The notes under the pieces were generated by a model. It did no database searches. It was not told where the DNA came from and saw only the letters and a program-made list of their open reading frames with translations. A stretch of 64,000 bases of DNA, taken from positions 1,039 through 65,038 of the forward strand of contig DATHOY010000041.1 in the NCBI GenBank assembly GCA_035484435.1, in the 5' to 3' direction. Source of the DNA: Vulcanimicrobiaceae bacterium (GTDB lineage: Bacteria > Acidobacteriota > Terriglobia > Acidiferrales > UBA7541). Within the stretch, counting starts at the first letter, position 1; each line of letters opens with the position of its first letter. Below, one piece after another: positions 18,703 to 29,122 of this stretch. The position numbers and the translations under genes were made by a program.

Positions 18703-19686
18703 TCACTGAGAATAAACGGCTGAGTGCTCCGCACAGATGCTCTGGAAAACGTGCTTGTCTTCCTCGCCGTGAAAGCTGCTCAAGGCGTACCCACAGAGGA
18801 TATCCACCCCCAGTGTTTTGCCTACCTCGTCCCAGAGTTGTTCGACACGAATCGCAGCGTCGGCCTTACCTTTAGCCCACAAGAGAGATGTACCTTCTCC
18901 ACATACCACAACGCCGTGATGCGGTTGCCTTGCTGCTTTGGCTGCGGCCTCAATAAGACCATTTACAGCCTGGAAAAATCGGGCCGAATCGGGCATATCA
19001 TTGACCATAAACGCGGAGAATGTTTTGTCAATATCCAATTCAATGTAAGTCCCCTGTTGGGTGCTGGCGTCAACATCTATGCCTTGTGCCTTCAACCTCG
19101 AAACAAGACCGTCTCGGTGTGACTCAGTAATGATAGCGATAGCTGCGCGCCCAGCCTTGATCGCAGCAGTGATAAAGCGAGCAAATGTGTCCAGAAGAAG
19201 TGCGTCATCGGAACAGAATTGAACCTCATGGGGGTGAGCGGCTTTCCGTACTGCGGTGTCGGTGAACTGGTGATTTCTTAAGCTGCTGCTGATGAATTGC
19301 TTACCCAGAAGAACCGCATCCATGGCAGGCAGCAGGTCCTGTTTGACGTCTGTCTTACGAACGTAACCCAGGGCGCCCTTGCTCAAACCTGCCTGCACGA
19401 CGTCTGGTGAGTTGTACATACTTAGGAACAATATTTTCGAGTTGGGGGAGAGTTGCCGTATCCGCCGGGCTGCTTCGATTCCACTCAATTTTGGGAGGCC
19501 GATGTCCAGAAGAATTAAGTCCGGTTTCAGTTCATCGGCCTTCTGAACGGTTTCCGGTCCATCGGCAGCTTCGGCTATGACTTGCCATTCTAGCCGCCCC
19601 TGAAGCAGCGAACGGACTTGGCGCCGCCAGCCTTCATGATCATCAGCAACTAGAATGCGAATCGTCGACAAAAGCGCCAGCCCCAT
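18703..19686 (-). CDS. Response regulator: NarL-type receiver domain plus MEDS domain
   Basis: IRILVADDH, LILLDIGLP, LSM, GYVRK; C-terminal HEVQFCSDD...VVCGEGTSLLW...AAIRVEQLW...ILCGY (MEDS pattern). Start uncertain. Confidence 0.85.
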   Translation of the reverse strand: MGLALLSTIRILVADDHEGWRRQVRSLLQGRLEWQVIAEAADGPETVQKADELKPDLILLDIGLPKLSGIEAARRIRQLSPNSKILFLSMYNSPDVVQAGLSKGALGYVRKTDVKQDLLPAMDAVLLGKQFISSSLRNHQFTDTAVRKAAHPHEVQFCSDDALLLDTFARFITAAIKAGRAAIAIITESHRDGLVSRLKAQGIDVDASTQQGTYIELDIDKTFSAFMVNDMPDSARFFQAVNGLIEAAAKAARQPHHGVVVCGEGTSLLWAKGKADAAIRVEQLWDEVGKTLGVDILCGYALSSFHGEEDKHVFQSICAEHSAVYSQ

Positions 19687-19937
19687 TACATCAGAACACA
19701 CCGCGTGCAAACTAGTTGCACAATCCTCTAAGCCCCCATGCCTGTTGGATTGGCCCCGAAATCTGTAGGCTGGATCGCGGCGCAGAGCGCGCCGCGGTGA
19801 GTCCAACGCTACCTCATTTCACCGTTTCCAGCAACAGGGTTACGGGGCTTGACTGGCAATTATTACACTTCCCAAAACCAAAACAATAAGGTACAACCCA
19901 CCCTCAAAGAGGCGATGGCTTGCAAATAGGTGACACG

Positions 19938-21626
19938 ATGAAATATTCCAATTCTCGATCAATGACTTTCGCCACCCCGAAAAAGATGCGCGACAGTCTT
20001 CCACCCGCGAACCGGTTGCGGCGGGTGGGAATGCTTATTGCCTTTTGCGCGTTTACCTTGGTTGCGCTCGCCAAAACAGACGAGCCCAAGCTTGTGCGTC
20101 TCTCGAAGCCGCAAACGCTTTCCTTCGCGGAGCTTGTTCTGCTCTCTAAAGAAGAGAAACCCGAAGCATCTGTGGCAAAGAAAATGGAAAAGCTTCTCAC
20201 TACACCATTCGTGAGTAACGAAGCTTCTCTGGATGGCGCGAAACCCCGTCGCCCTTCTTCGGATGCACTTGGCCCGTTCATTCGTGCCACACTCTGGAAT
20301 ATCGAGCGCGGAATCGAACTGGACGCGATAAAAGTCGCTCTGACCAAGCCGGATCAACTCGACAAGGTAATCGCTGACAAAAAGGATCCCAAGGCTAAAC
20401 CTCTCACCGCTGAAGAACTAGCCGCTGCCAAGGAGCAGATTGCCTTTCTCCAGCCTACGGACTTGTTAATCCTGAACGAGGTCGACAACGGTGTCACTCG
20501 CTCCGATTATCGGGACGTTGGGCGCGAGCTGGCTCAAGCCCTCAAGATGAACTATGCGTATGGAGTTGAGTTCATAGAGGTGGATCCCCTGAACCTGGGT
20601 CTCGAAAAAGTGAAACTGGACGACAAGGCCGCGCAGGAGGATATTCAGAAGTCATTTGTCGCGGACAAAGACCGCTACCTCGGCCTGCACGGCACGGCCG
20701 TCTTGAGTCGATATGCAATTCGCAGCGCAACAGTGCGAGCCCTGCCCGTGTGCCACGACTGGTATAACGACGAGAAGAAAGAAATTTCCAAGCTTGAGTC
20801 GGGAAAGCGGGCTTCCGCCAATCTGGTATTTATGGAACGCATCGCACGGGAAGTGCGCCGTGGCGGACGCATGGTCCTCGTTGTCGAATTGGCTGTCCCT
20901 GAGTCTCCCTCCGGCGCTGTAACGGTGGTCGCGGCGCACCTGGAGAACAAGTGCAAGCCGGAGTGCCGGCGCAAGCAGATGCAACAGATTTTGGACTGGG
21001 TCAAGGCTGACGCAAATCCGGTAATTCTTGCAGGCGACATGAACACTACAGCCACGGATTCGTCGCCAACGTCCATTTCAAAGGTGCTCAAGGATCGCCT
21101 CAAAGATCCCCACGCTTGGGCGAGATCCGCGATCAAGTGGTCCACCGGCGCTCCCACCGTTTTGCTCATGCCCGTGAACTTCATGCGCAGCAAGAACGAT
21201 CCTACCGGGTTCGATGTGCCCGTCCTCTCCCGGAAAAAAGAGGCGAAGCTGTTTGGCGATCTGGAGGATTTCCATTTTGCCGACGGTCACACATTTGACT
21301 TCCGCGGCGAAGACAAGCGAAGCGCTGAAGACAGGGGCGGAACGCTCAGCGATTCGAATCAGCGAGCTGGCAAGGGATTCCGTCCCACCTTTGCGATGGC
21401 ACGCACCTATGGCGGGCTCGTCGGACAATTCAAGCTGGATTGGTTTTTTGTTAAGGGCTATGCCACAGATTCAGAAAAGCCTGGCGGGAATTACGCATTC
21501 GCTCCGCACTTTGCACGTACTCTCCAAGAATTGAATGCTGCCCCGGACGATCCAATGTCTGACCACTCTCCGATGACCATAGACATTCCGCTTTCGGAAC
21601 CTCTTCTAAAACCAAGCCAGAAATAG
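19938..21626 (+). CDS. Exported endonuclease/exonuclease/phosphatase (EEP) family protein
   Basis: WNIERG, ILNEVD, AAHLE, AGDMNT, KLDWFFV, SDHSP; signal-like segment. Confidence 0.85.
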   Translation: MKYSNSRSMTFATPKKMRDSLPPANRLRRVGMLIAFCAFTLVALAKTDEPKLVRLSKPQTLSFAELVLLSKEEKPEASVAKKMEKLLTTPFVSNEASLDGAKPRRPSSDALGPFIRATLWNIERGIELDAIKVALTKPDQLDKVIADKKDPKAKPLTAEELAAAKEQIAFLQPTDLLILNEVDNGVTRSDYRDVGRELAQALKMNYAYGVEFIEVDPLNLGLEKVKLDDKAAQEDIQKSFVADKDRYLGLHGTAVLSRYAIRSATVRALPVCHDWYNDEKKEISKLESGKRASANLVFMERIAREVRRGGRMVLVVELAVPESPSGAVTVVAAHLENKCKPECRRKQMQQILDWVKADANPVILAGDMNTTATDSSPTSISKVLKDRLKDPHAWARSAIKWSTGAPTVLLMPVNFMRSKNDPTGFDVPVLSRKKEAKLFGDLEDFHFADGHTFDFRGEDKRSAEDRGGTLSDSNQRAGKGFRPTFAMARTYGGLVGQFKLDWFFVKGYATDSEKPGGNYAFAPHFARTLQELNAAPDDPMSDHSPMTIDIPLSEPLLKPSQK

Positions 21627-21876
21627 CGCCCGGCATCTGTCCAGGAGCAACGGGGCTCGTCGATAGTAAAAACTCGCCTATGCCATGGGTACTTTTGCCA
21701 ATTACGAGACCGACTGAACTCGACTAGTCTCCGCAGGGGCAAAGTACGGGGGTACAGGTGAAACATCACTTTCTACCAGATGGAGATCCCTACGCGTTCC
21801 AGTCTTTTGCTCGCCCCGAGAAGTAGAGTGCGGCGCAATCGCTGTCAGCAACATTTCCGCAGTACAGGAGGGATTC

Positions 21877-23820
21877 ATGAAAGGCAATATTCTGCTATTT
21901 CACCTCAGCTTGTTCCTGGGGCTGTTGTTCGCACTCTTGCTCCCAGCTGGCACTCTGGCCCAAGAACCCTCTCCCTCGGCGCAGGAGTTGGAAAAAGTAT
22001 TTCCAAAGAAACCGCCCTATTCGCCGTATGCCGACCGTAAGTTCCCAGAGCGTGTGTACTGGGGGGATACGCACCTGCACACCGCGATTTCTCTGGACGC
22101 CGGCGCTGCCGGTTGCCGGCTGGGCCCACGGGAAGCCTATCGCTTCGCGAAGGGCGAGCAAATCACCGCCTCCAGCGGCCAGCAAGTGAAACTTTCGCGT
22201 CCGCTGGATTTTCTAGTGGTCTCCGATCACTCGGACAATATGGGTTTCATTACCGATTTGTTTGCGGGCAAGCCCGAATTGCTCGCCGATCCCACCGGAC
22301 GCCGCTGGTACGACATGATCCAATCCGGCCAGGGCGGTGTGGCCGCCGTGGAAATCGTCGGCGCCTTTTCTCAAGGAAAATTCCCGAAAGCGCTGGTCTA
22401 CGCCCCAGGTACCCAAGGATATCGCTCGACGTGGGAAATCATTGTCAAGGCCGCGGAAGAGGCTAACGCCCCGGGTCGCTTTACTGCTTTCATAGGCTAT
22501 GAATGGACTTCGCTCGCGGCTGGCAATAACCTCCACCGCAACGTAATCTTCCGTGACGATGCAACCAAGGCCGGCGTTGTCGAGCCGTATACGACCACTC
22601 CTCCCTACGGCAGTAACAACCCGCGCGAACTCTGGAAGTGGATGGCGGCCTACGAACAGAAGACCGGTGGACAAGTATTGGCTATCGCCCATAACGGAAA
22701 TCTTTCGAATGGCACCATGTTTCCCATCATTGAATCTTTCACCGGCAAGCCCATTGACCGCGAGTACGCGGAACAGCGGGCGCATTGGGAACGCATATAC
22801 GAAATGACCCAAATAAAAGGTGATGGCGAGACGCACCCCTTTCTTTCTCCCAATGACGAGTTCGCCAACTACGAACGCTGGGACAAGGGCAATCTGGACA
22901 TGAGCCAGGCAAAGAAGAAGGAGATGCTGGAATACGAGTACGCTCGCTCGGCTCTTCGCAATGGTCTGAAACTGGAACAAGAACTCGGTATCAACCCATA
23001 CAAATTCGGCTTGATCGGTTCTACGGACTCGCACACGGGACTAGCCACTGCCGACGAAGATAATTTCTTCGGTAAAGCTAGTATTTACGAACCAAGCGCC
23101 ACCCGCGCAGACCATGCGTTTATGAAGGGTGCGGGCGGGACCGTAATGAGCTGGGAACAGACGTCCTCAGGTTATGCGGGTGTTTGGGCCACAGACAATA
23201 CCCGCGAAGCTTTGTTCGATGCCATGCAACGCAAGGAGACCTACGCCACAACTGGCCCACGCATGGTTGTGCGCTTTTTCGGAGGCTGGGAGTTCGAGGC
23301 GGGAGACGCTGGTACTCGCAGCCCCGCTGTCATTGGCTACACCAAAGGCGTCCCGATGGGGGGTGACCTCTCGAATGCCCCCGCCGGCAAATCCCCGACA
23401 TTCCTCGTTGCCGCTCTCAAAGACCCCATCGGCGCCAATCTGGACCGCGTGCAAATCGTCAAGGGTTGGCTCGATTCTAAGGGCGACACTCACGAGAAAG
23501 TTTATGACGTAGTTTGGGCCGGCGACCGGAAGCCCGACTCCAAGAGCGGCAAGCTTCCTCCCGTTGGAGACACAGTCGACGTTCCAAACGCCACTTACAC
23601 CAACAGTATTGGCGCATCGGAACTGATCAAAGTCTGGAAGGATCCCGAGTTCGACGCTTCACAGCGCGCTTTCTACTACGTCCGCGTCCTGGAAATTCCC
23701 ACGCCGCGTTGGACCGCCTATGACGCCAAGTACTTCGGAATCAAGATGCCTCCCGAAGTCCCGATGAAGGGCCAGGAGCGCGCCTATACTTCGCCTATCT
23801 GGTACACCCCGGCAAAGTGA
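21877..23820 (+). CDS. DUF3604 family exported PHP-fold metallohydrolase
   Basis: Signal peptide; YWGDTHLHT, SDHSD, GYEWTS, NLHRNV, HNGNLSNG, GSTDSH, YYVRVLEIPTPRW, QERAYTSPIWY. Confidence 0.9.
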   Translation: MKGNILLFHLSLFLGLLFALLLPAGTLAQEPSPSAQELEKVFPKKPPYSPYADRKFPERVYWGDTHLHTAISLDAGAAGCRLGPREAYRFAKGEQITASSGQQVKLSRPLDFLVVSDHSDNMGFITDLFAGKPELLADPTGRRWYDMIQSGQGGVAAVEIVGAFSQGKFPKALVYAPGTQGYRSTWEIIVKAAEEANAPGRFTAFIGYEWTSLAAGNNLHRNVIFRDDATKAGVVEPYTTTPPYGSNNPRELWKWMAAYEQKTGGQVLAIAHNGNLSNGTMFPIIESFTGKPIDREYAEQRAHWERIYEMTQIKGDGETHPFLSPNDEFANYERWDKGNLDMSQAKKKEMLEYEYARSALRNGLKLEQELGINPYKFGLIGSTDSHTGLATADEDNFFGKASIYEPSATRADHAFMKGAGGTVMSWEQTSSGYAGVWATDNTREALFDAMQRKETYATTGPRMVVRFFGGWEFEAGDAGTRSPAVIGYTKGVPMGGDLSNAPAGKSPTFLVAALKDPIGANLDRVQIVKGWLDSKGDTHEKVYDVVWAGDRKPDSKSGKLPPVGDTVDVPNATYTNSIGASELIKVWKDPEFDASQRAFYYVRVLEIPTPRWTAYDAKYFGIKMPPEVPMKGQERAYTSPIWYTPAK

Positions 23821-23831
23821 CCGGTGACTCT

Positions 23832-24689
23832 ATGAGAATTCTGCGCGAACCGCTGTTGCACTTCATCCTGCTGGGGGCCGCAATCTTCGCGGCCTACGGT
23901 TTTGTTAACAGACACCGAACCGATAAACCCGGCGAAATTGTCGTCACCCAGGGCACTCTGGAAAATATCATCACGGGTTTCACGCGCACCTGGCAACGGC
24001 CCCCTACGGAAGAGGAACTCCGCGGCCAGGTTCGGGATTATATTCGTGAAGAAGCGGCTTACCGCGAAGCCTTAGCCATGGGCCTCGACCGCGACGACAC
24101 CATCGTCCGCCGCCGCCTCCGCCAAAAACTCGAATTTCTCTCCGATGATCTCGCGACTCGCGTCGAACCCACCGACGCCGATCTGCAGACTTTTCTTAGG
24201 GCGCATGCCGACCTGTTCCAGTCCGAGCCCCTTTTCACGTTCCGGCAGGTCTACCTCAATCCCCAACTACATGCCGACAACCTCTCTTCGGACGAAGCTC
24301 GCCTTCTCGCTCACCTGCGGCACACCGGCCCCAATGCTGACCTGAGTTCTCTCGGCGATCCTTTTCTTCTTGCCCCGAGCTTCCAAAATGTTTCTCTCGC
24401 GGAGGTAAAACAGGTATTTGGCGACCAATTCGCCTCCGCTCTTGCCGTCCTGCCCACGAGTCAGTGGCAAGGCCGGGTAACCTCCGGCTACGGCACGCAT
24501 ATCGTTTTTCTATCCCAACGGACTGAACGCAGCCTGCCCGCGCTCGCCGAGATCCACGATCAAGTTCGGCGTGAATGGTTTAATACGAGGCGCAACGATG
24601 CCACCGAAAAGTTCTATCAGGCGCTTTTGAAACGCTATACCGTGAAAATCGAGCCGCCCGAAGAAAAGAAAGTGGCTCAGGTGCACTAA
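23832..24689 (+). CDS. Parvulin/PpiC-like peptidyl-prolyl isomerase (Rotamase_2 type)
   Basis: REPLLHFILLG anchor, YREALAMGLDRDDTIVRRRL, FGDQFA...WQGRVTSGYGTH. Confidence 0.8.
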   Translation: MRILREPLLHFILLGAAIFAAYGFVNRHRTDKPGEIVVTQGTLENIITGFTRTWQRPPTEEELRGQVRDYIREEAAYREALAMGLDRDDTIVRRRLRQKLEFLSDDLATRVEPTDADLQTFLRAHADLFQSEPLFTFRQVYLNPQLHADNLSSDEARLLAHLRHTGPNADLSSLGDPFLLAPSFQNVSLAEVKQVFGDQFASALAVLPTSQWQGRVTSGYGTHIVFLSQRTERSLPALAEIHDQVRREWFNTRRNDATEKFYQALLKRYTVKIEPPEEKKVAQVH

Positions 24690-24692
24690 TGC

Positions 24693-25727
24693 ATGCGTAA
24701 CCTAATGCAGGGATTCACGAGCGGGGTGTCACACAGAGCTATGCGGAGCGCGTGGTTCGCGCTGCTCCTTCTCGTTGCGTGCGCGCCCAACCTCAATGCT
24801 CACGAAATGCGCCCCGCCTATTTGCAGCTCCAACAAACCGGTCCCGAAACCTACAATGTCTTCTGGAAAGTTCCTGCCGTCTCGGACAACATGCGCCTCA
24901 GCCTGTACGTGCAACTTCCCGACGCCTGCTCCAATCTCGCCCCGCCGCGCGCCTCTTTTGCCAATGGTGCCTATACCGAGCAATGGAGCATCAACTGCCC
25001 GGGCGGGCTTAGTGGCTCCACAATCCGCATCGACGGCCTGAGTGCCACGCTCACAGACGTCCTGGTGCGCGTCGAACGCCTCGATGGTTCAGCGCAAGTC
25101 ACTCGCCTCGCCTCTTCTTCTCCTTCGTTCATCGTCGAGGCTGCGCCCCACCGCCTCGAAGTTGCCCGCACCTACTTGCTGCTCGGCATCGAGCACATCC
25201 TCACGGGCGTCGATCATCTTTTATTCGTCTCCGGCCTTTTGCTCCTGGTCACCGGCTTCCGGCGCCTGCTTCTCACCGTCAGCGCGTTCACGCTTTCTCA
25301 CACGGTTACGCTGACACTCGCAACTCTGGGCTTCGTTCACATTCCGCCCGCTCCTGTCGAAGCCGTCATCGCCCTAAGTATTTTCTTCGTTGCTTACGAA
25401 ATCCTGCGGAGAAAAGAAAATCCAGACGGCTTGGCCCAGCGCAAACCGTGGCTCGTGGCTTTTTCCTTCGGCCTACTGCACGGCCTGGGTTTTGCGGGCG
25501 GCCTCAGCGCAGCGGGTCTGCCCGTCGCGCACATCCCCCTCGCACTCGGATTCTTCAGCGCTGGCGTGGAAGTCGGCCACTTTTCTTTCGTGGCAGTAGC
25601 GGTGCTTCTCCTCGCTGCGGTCCGCCACTGGACTATCAGACTCCCCATCTGGTCCTGGCGCCTGCCGCCCTACGCCATCGGCGGCGTCGCCGCGTACTGG
25701 CTAATCGTGCGCTTCGCCGCATTCTGA
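24693..25727 (+). CDS. HupE/UreJ family membrane protein (putative Ni/metal-related)
   Basis: AHEMRP after signal peptide; LGIEHILTGVDHLLF, FTLSHTVTL, VEAVIALSI, FGLLHGLGFA. Confidence 0.88.
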   Translation: MRNLMQGFTSGVSHRAMRSAWFALLLLVACAPNLNAHEMRPAYLQLQQTGPETYNVFWKVPAVSDNMRLSLYVQLPDACSNLAPPRASFANGAYTEQWSINCPGGLSGSTIRIDGLSATLTDVLVRVERLDGSAQVTRLASSSPSFIVEAAPHRLEVARTYLLLGIEHILTGVDHLLFVSGLLLLVTGFRRLLLTVSAFTLSHTVTLTLATLGFVHIPPAPVEAVIALSIFFVAYEILRRKENPDGLAQRKPWLVAFSFGLLHGLGFAGGLSAAGLPVAHIPLALGFFSAGVEVGHFSFVAVAVLLLAAVRHWTIRLPIWSWRLPPYAIGGVAAYWLIVRFAAF

Positions 25728-25896
25728 GAGGGCGGTCATATAGGACTGAATGCCAGGGAAAAAGGTACCGTGCGCACGCAGAACTATCAGCGGCAAAAGT
25801 AGCACCTTGGCCGTGCTGTTTCGCGATAGCGCTGCCGGATGAGGATTATTTTGACTGCAAAATTTCGCGTCCGTCGGCCGGCATGGGCTGGAGTTC

Positions 25897-26520
25897 TTAT
25901 TTCACGGAGTAGTTGCGTGAATCCATGCATGCGGCGAATGCCCGCTGAAAGGTGTCCAGCCCCTCCTGATGTTCGCGCAGCAATTCCTCATCGGCTTTCT
26001 TCTGGGCCGCGGCAGTCTGCGTGGCTGCTTGCTGCTTGGATTGGGCGTTGGCGGAACGCTGGGTCATGCCGCCTTTCATTGTGCCCGCGACTGCACCGGC
26101 CGCAGCACCCTTGCCGGTGTCGCCTGCGATTGCGCCGATGGCGGCGCCTCCCGCGGCGCCGCGCGCCGCCCCGCGTACACGCCCCCCTTGTGCTTTCGGT
26201 GCGTTGTCCGCCGCTTGCTGTTGAGCGGCCTTTTTCTCTTCTTCACTCAATCCTTTTGGCGGCGGGGCTTGCGCGTCGATGCCAGTGCGCTGTTTGGCCA
26301 TGCCATAACACTCGCTCTCGTCCTTCAGTTGCTGGTCAGCGCTCTGCCCGTTCTTTGGAAACGCGAACATTCCAATGCTCTGTGACGGCGACCAGGCAGG
26401 GGCGGCCTGCGCCGCGGCAGGTTGAGCCGCTGGCGGCGCTTGGGCCGACGCGTAACACGTTGCCACCAGAATTGCCGATATGCTGATCACAGTCTTCACA
26501 GTAATAACCCTTGTTTCCAT
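25897..26520 (-). CDS. Exported glycine-zipper (YMGG-like) protein
   Basis: FAFPKNGQSADQQLKDESECY, GAARGAAGGAAIGAIAG, RAFAACMDSRNYSVK; RBS AGGAGG. Confidence 0.8.
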   Translation of the reverse strand: METRVITVKTVISISAILVATCYASAQAPPAAQPAAAQAAPAWSPSQSIGMFAFPKNGQSADQQLKDESECYGMAKQRTGIDAQAPPPKGLSEEEKKAAQQQAADNAPKAQGGRVRGAARGAAGGAAIGAIAGDTGKGAAAGAVAGTMKGGMTQRSANAQSKQQAATQTAAAQKKADEELLREHQEGLDTFQRAFAACMDSRNYSVK

Positions 26521-26743
26521 GGAATAAGCCCTCCTGGTGAATTCTACTGCTACTACATGGAGATGTCCTACCTTGAATCACTGCCGGTTAAGATCGGAGA
26601 AAGTAGCAGCCACAATGAGAAAAACTACTATGACCCGACACAGCTACCGCGCCATCATTCGGGCGACTGCCAAGCGTCTCTAAAAAGCTTAATTGTAGGC
26701 CGGTGATTTCCCTAACAAATAGCTGTGATGTAGACTTCCTCGC

Positions 26744-28837
26744 ATGCAAGAACCAAACCCAAATTACCAGGACTCCCACCTCGAAGAGAAGAAGGCACCG
26801 GAGTGGTTGGCTTCGAGTCAAGACTCGACCTCCAAAAACAACGGTGTTGAAGCTGAGGGACTTCAGTTGCGACGGATTCTGCAAGAATTCTGCGCAGAAT
26901 CGAGTCTTAATGGCCGCCTTCACTCATTTTCCAGACTGGTAAATTGGACCAGGTTTGATGGCAAGACGACTTCGGCGTCCGAGCGCATCGGACGCTTGAA
27001 CGAACTTCTGTCTTTGCTTGAAGCGGAAGTCCACCTACGCGTGCTGTTTCAGACGGCATTTCACGCAATGCTGGGAGAAACCCAAGCTATAGGGCTATTT
27101 GCGGAGGCGGGGTTGCACCCGCGCGAGAGTCTCTGGTCCGAATTGGCGCGAAGAATTGTAGAACGAATCTTACCTTCTGCTCGCGCGGATACGGATCTCT
27201 CGAAACTTGTTTTTCGGATACATCCCGACGATCGCTATGCCTCCGGATTTCTGGATTGGCCAGAGGAACTCTTTCAGCGAACGGTACGGGCACTCTCGCC
27301 AGACAATGACCCATACGTATGGAATCGGCAACGGGAAGATCTTCGGCAAGCCGTCGTTCTGCTGGGCACTCACATCGCCGGAGTGGGTTTGTCGCCCGAA
27401 GTTCGAGAGCGGTGCCACCCTTATATCGTGGAAGTCTCCCCATTTTATCGGGTCCAGCGCCTGGTTGGTGAACTTGTCCATAGCAGTTCAACTTCGGAGG
27501 CGCGAGGCCTGGTGGAGGCATTGCGGGAAGAGACGATCCGGTGCCGTGCCGAACTCGAATACATGCATGAGCGGATGGAGGAAGCCGGCGTCAGCACTGC
27601 ACTCGAATTCGACATGTTTACGATCGAACGAGGGTTACGGAGATTAACCTGCATAACGGACGTATTATTTCCCGAGGGTGTGGATAGTTATCAGGCTGTG
27701 AAAAAACTGATTGACGACGTACTGCGCGCCCGATTCGAAGACCTCAGCTTCTCGGCGCTGGTTCGCGAAAATGCGGGGCTGTTGGCGCGAAAGATCGTGG
27801 AGAGGACTGGGAAGACCGGCGAGCACTACATTGCCAACACGCGGAACGAATACTGGGGCATGTGGACCGCGGCGCTGGGGGGAGGATTGCTGACGGTTGC
27901 AACGGCAGCTACAAAAATAAGAATCACGATGGCGGGCTTCCCGCCGTTTGTTGAAGGCCTGTTGGTGGGCACGGATTACGCGGCTAGCTTTCTCATTCTG
28001 CAAACTTTTGGTCTGGCGCTGGCAACAAAGCAACCATCGATGACCGCTGCGACCTACGCCAAAATTGTCCGCACCACGCAAGGATCGGAACGCTGGGAAA
28101 AACTGACGGAGTTCATCAGCCGGATTACCCGTACGCAGCTCGCCGCCGCGTTGGGAAATCTGCTCACGGTTACCTTCGGAGGCATAGTCCTAGCCACATT
28201 TTGGTTGCACTGGTTCTCTGCGCCATTCGTCCCTTTGACGACCTCCCAATACGTATATCGGACGCTCAATCCTCTCGTCTCGGGAACCTTTTTCTATGCG
28301 GCGTTGACCGGAGTGATTCTCTGGATATCGGCATTGGCCGGCGGCTGGGTCGAAAATTTTGCGACGTATAACCGGTTGGCGGAAGCTATCGCTGACCATC
28401 CCGTGGGCTTCCGCGTCGGATTCGATCGAATGAGGCGCGTTGCCGATATTTTTGAACGTAACATATCCGGATGGAGCGCCAGCATCGTACTCGGTTATTC
28501 GTTGGGATTTATCCCGACATTAGGGCACTTCTTTGGCGTCCCTCTTGAGGTGAGGCACGTCACATTATCTACTGGAACTCTTGCGCTGGCGGCGACAAGT
28601 CTGGGGAAAGACTGGCTATATCGGAACTGGTTCTTCGACACCCTTTTTGGTATCGCCGGTATCTTTGTACTGAATCTCGGAATCAGTTTCGGGATCGCTT
28701 CCTGGGTGGCGTTGCGAGCGTATGACGTTCCTCCTGGCGATCAATTGCAATTGCTAAAATACGTTATGAAGAGTTTCTTTCGCTCTCCCTGGCGCTTCTT
28801 ATACCCGACGCGGCAAGGTCGTGATTCTGCGGGATGA
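26744..28837 (+). CDS. Gcr/SpecificRecomb (PF10136-like) polytopic membrane protein
   Basis: TGEHYIANTRNEY, ALGGG, TKQPSMTA, VRHVTLSTG; several C-terminal TM helices; no recombinase catalytic motif seen. Confidence 0.8.
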   Translation: MQEPNPNYQDSHLEEKKAPEWLASSQDSTSKNNGVEAEGLQLRRILQEFCAESSLNGRLHSFSRLVNWTRFDGKTTSASERIGRLNELLSLLEAEVHLRVLFQTAFHAMLGETQAIGLFAEAGLHPRESLWSELARRIVERILPSARADTDLSKLVFRIHPDDRYASGFLDWPEELFQRTVRALSPDNDPYVWNRQREDLRQAVVLLGTHIAGVGLSPEVRERCHPYIVEVSPFYRVQRLVGELVHSSSTSEARGLVEALREETIRCRAELEYMHERMEEAGVSTALEFDMFTIERGLRRLTCITDVLFPEGVDSYQAVKKLIDDVLRARFEDLSFSALVRENAGLLARKIVERTGKTGEHYIANTRNEYWGMWTAALGGGLLTVATAATKIRITMAGFPPFVEGLLVGTDYAASFLILQTFGLALATKQPSMTAATYAKIVRTTQGSERWEKLTEFISRITRTQLAAALGNLLTVTFGGIVLATFWLHWFSAPFVPLTTSQYVYRTLNPLVSGTFFYAALTGVILWISALAGGWVENFATYNRLAEAIADHPVGFRVGFDRMRRVADIFERNISGWSASIVLGYSLGFIPTLGHFFGVPLEVRHVTLSTGTLALAATSLGKDWLYRNWFFDTLFGIAGIFVLNLGISFGIASWVALRAYDVPPGDQLQLLKYVMKSFFRSPWRFLYPTRQGRDSAG

Positions 28838-29099
28838 ACATATTCCGAGTGGCCGCTTGCGGATAGTTCTGGATCAGTGGCGCGTTTCGAGCCGAGTCGA
28901 TTTGATTCCAGCAAACCGCCCCACGAATTGACCATCCGCTGAGAGGCGCAATCAGGCGTTCCTGCATACGATGACTTCAAACCCCGGCTACTAGGGTTGA
29001 GTGGATTTCTTGGCGGCGTCTTCTTTGGCGGATTTGCAGGTTCATAAAATCCTGTCCGTTCGAAGAATCAACAACTTGTGAAGTTTCAACAGCGCTTTT

Positions 29100-29122
29100 G
29101 GTTCGATCCCCCCGCCCCTACC
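29100..29122 (+). other. Degenerate tRNA 3'-end-like fragment (possible att-site scar)
   Basis: GGTTCGATCCCCCCGCCCCTACC resembles T-loop plus acceptor stem; no matching 5' half upstream; AT-rich flank. Confidence 0.35.

Noticed and set aside
14369-25727. Hydrogenase locus suggested by HybAB-like and HupE-like genes
   Set aside because: No NiFe large or small subunit or hyp genes in the window; the catalytic partner is the FDH
26744-28837. 'Site-specific recombinase' as a mobile element
   Set aside because: The family name is historical; the protein is a polytopic membrane protein with no Tyr/Ser recombinase motif or flanking repeats seen
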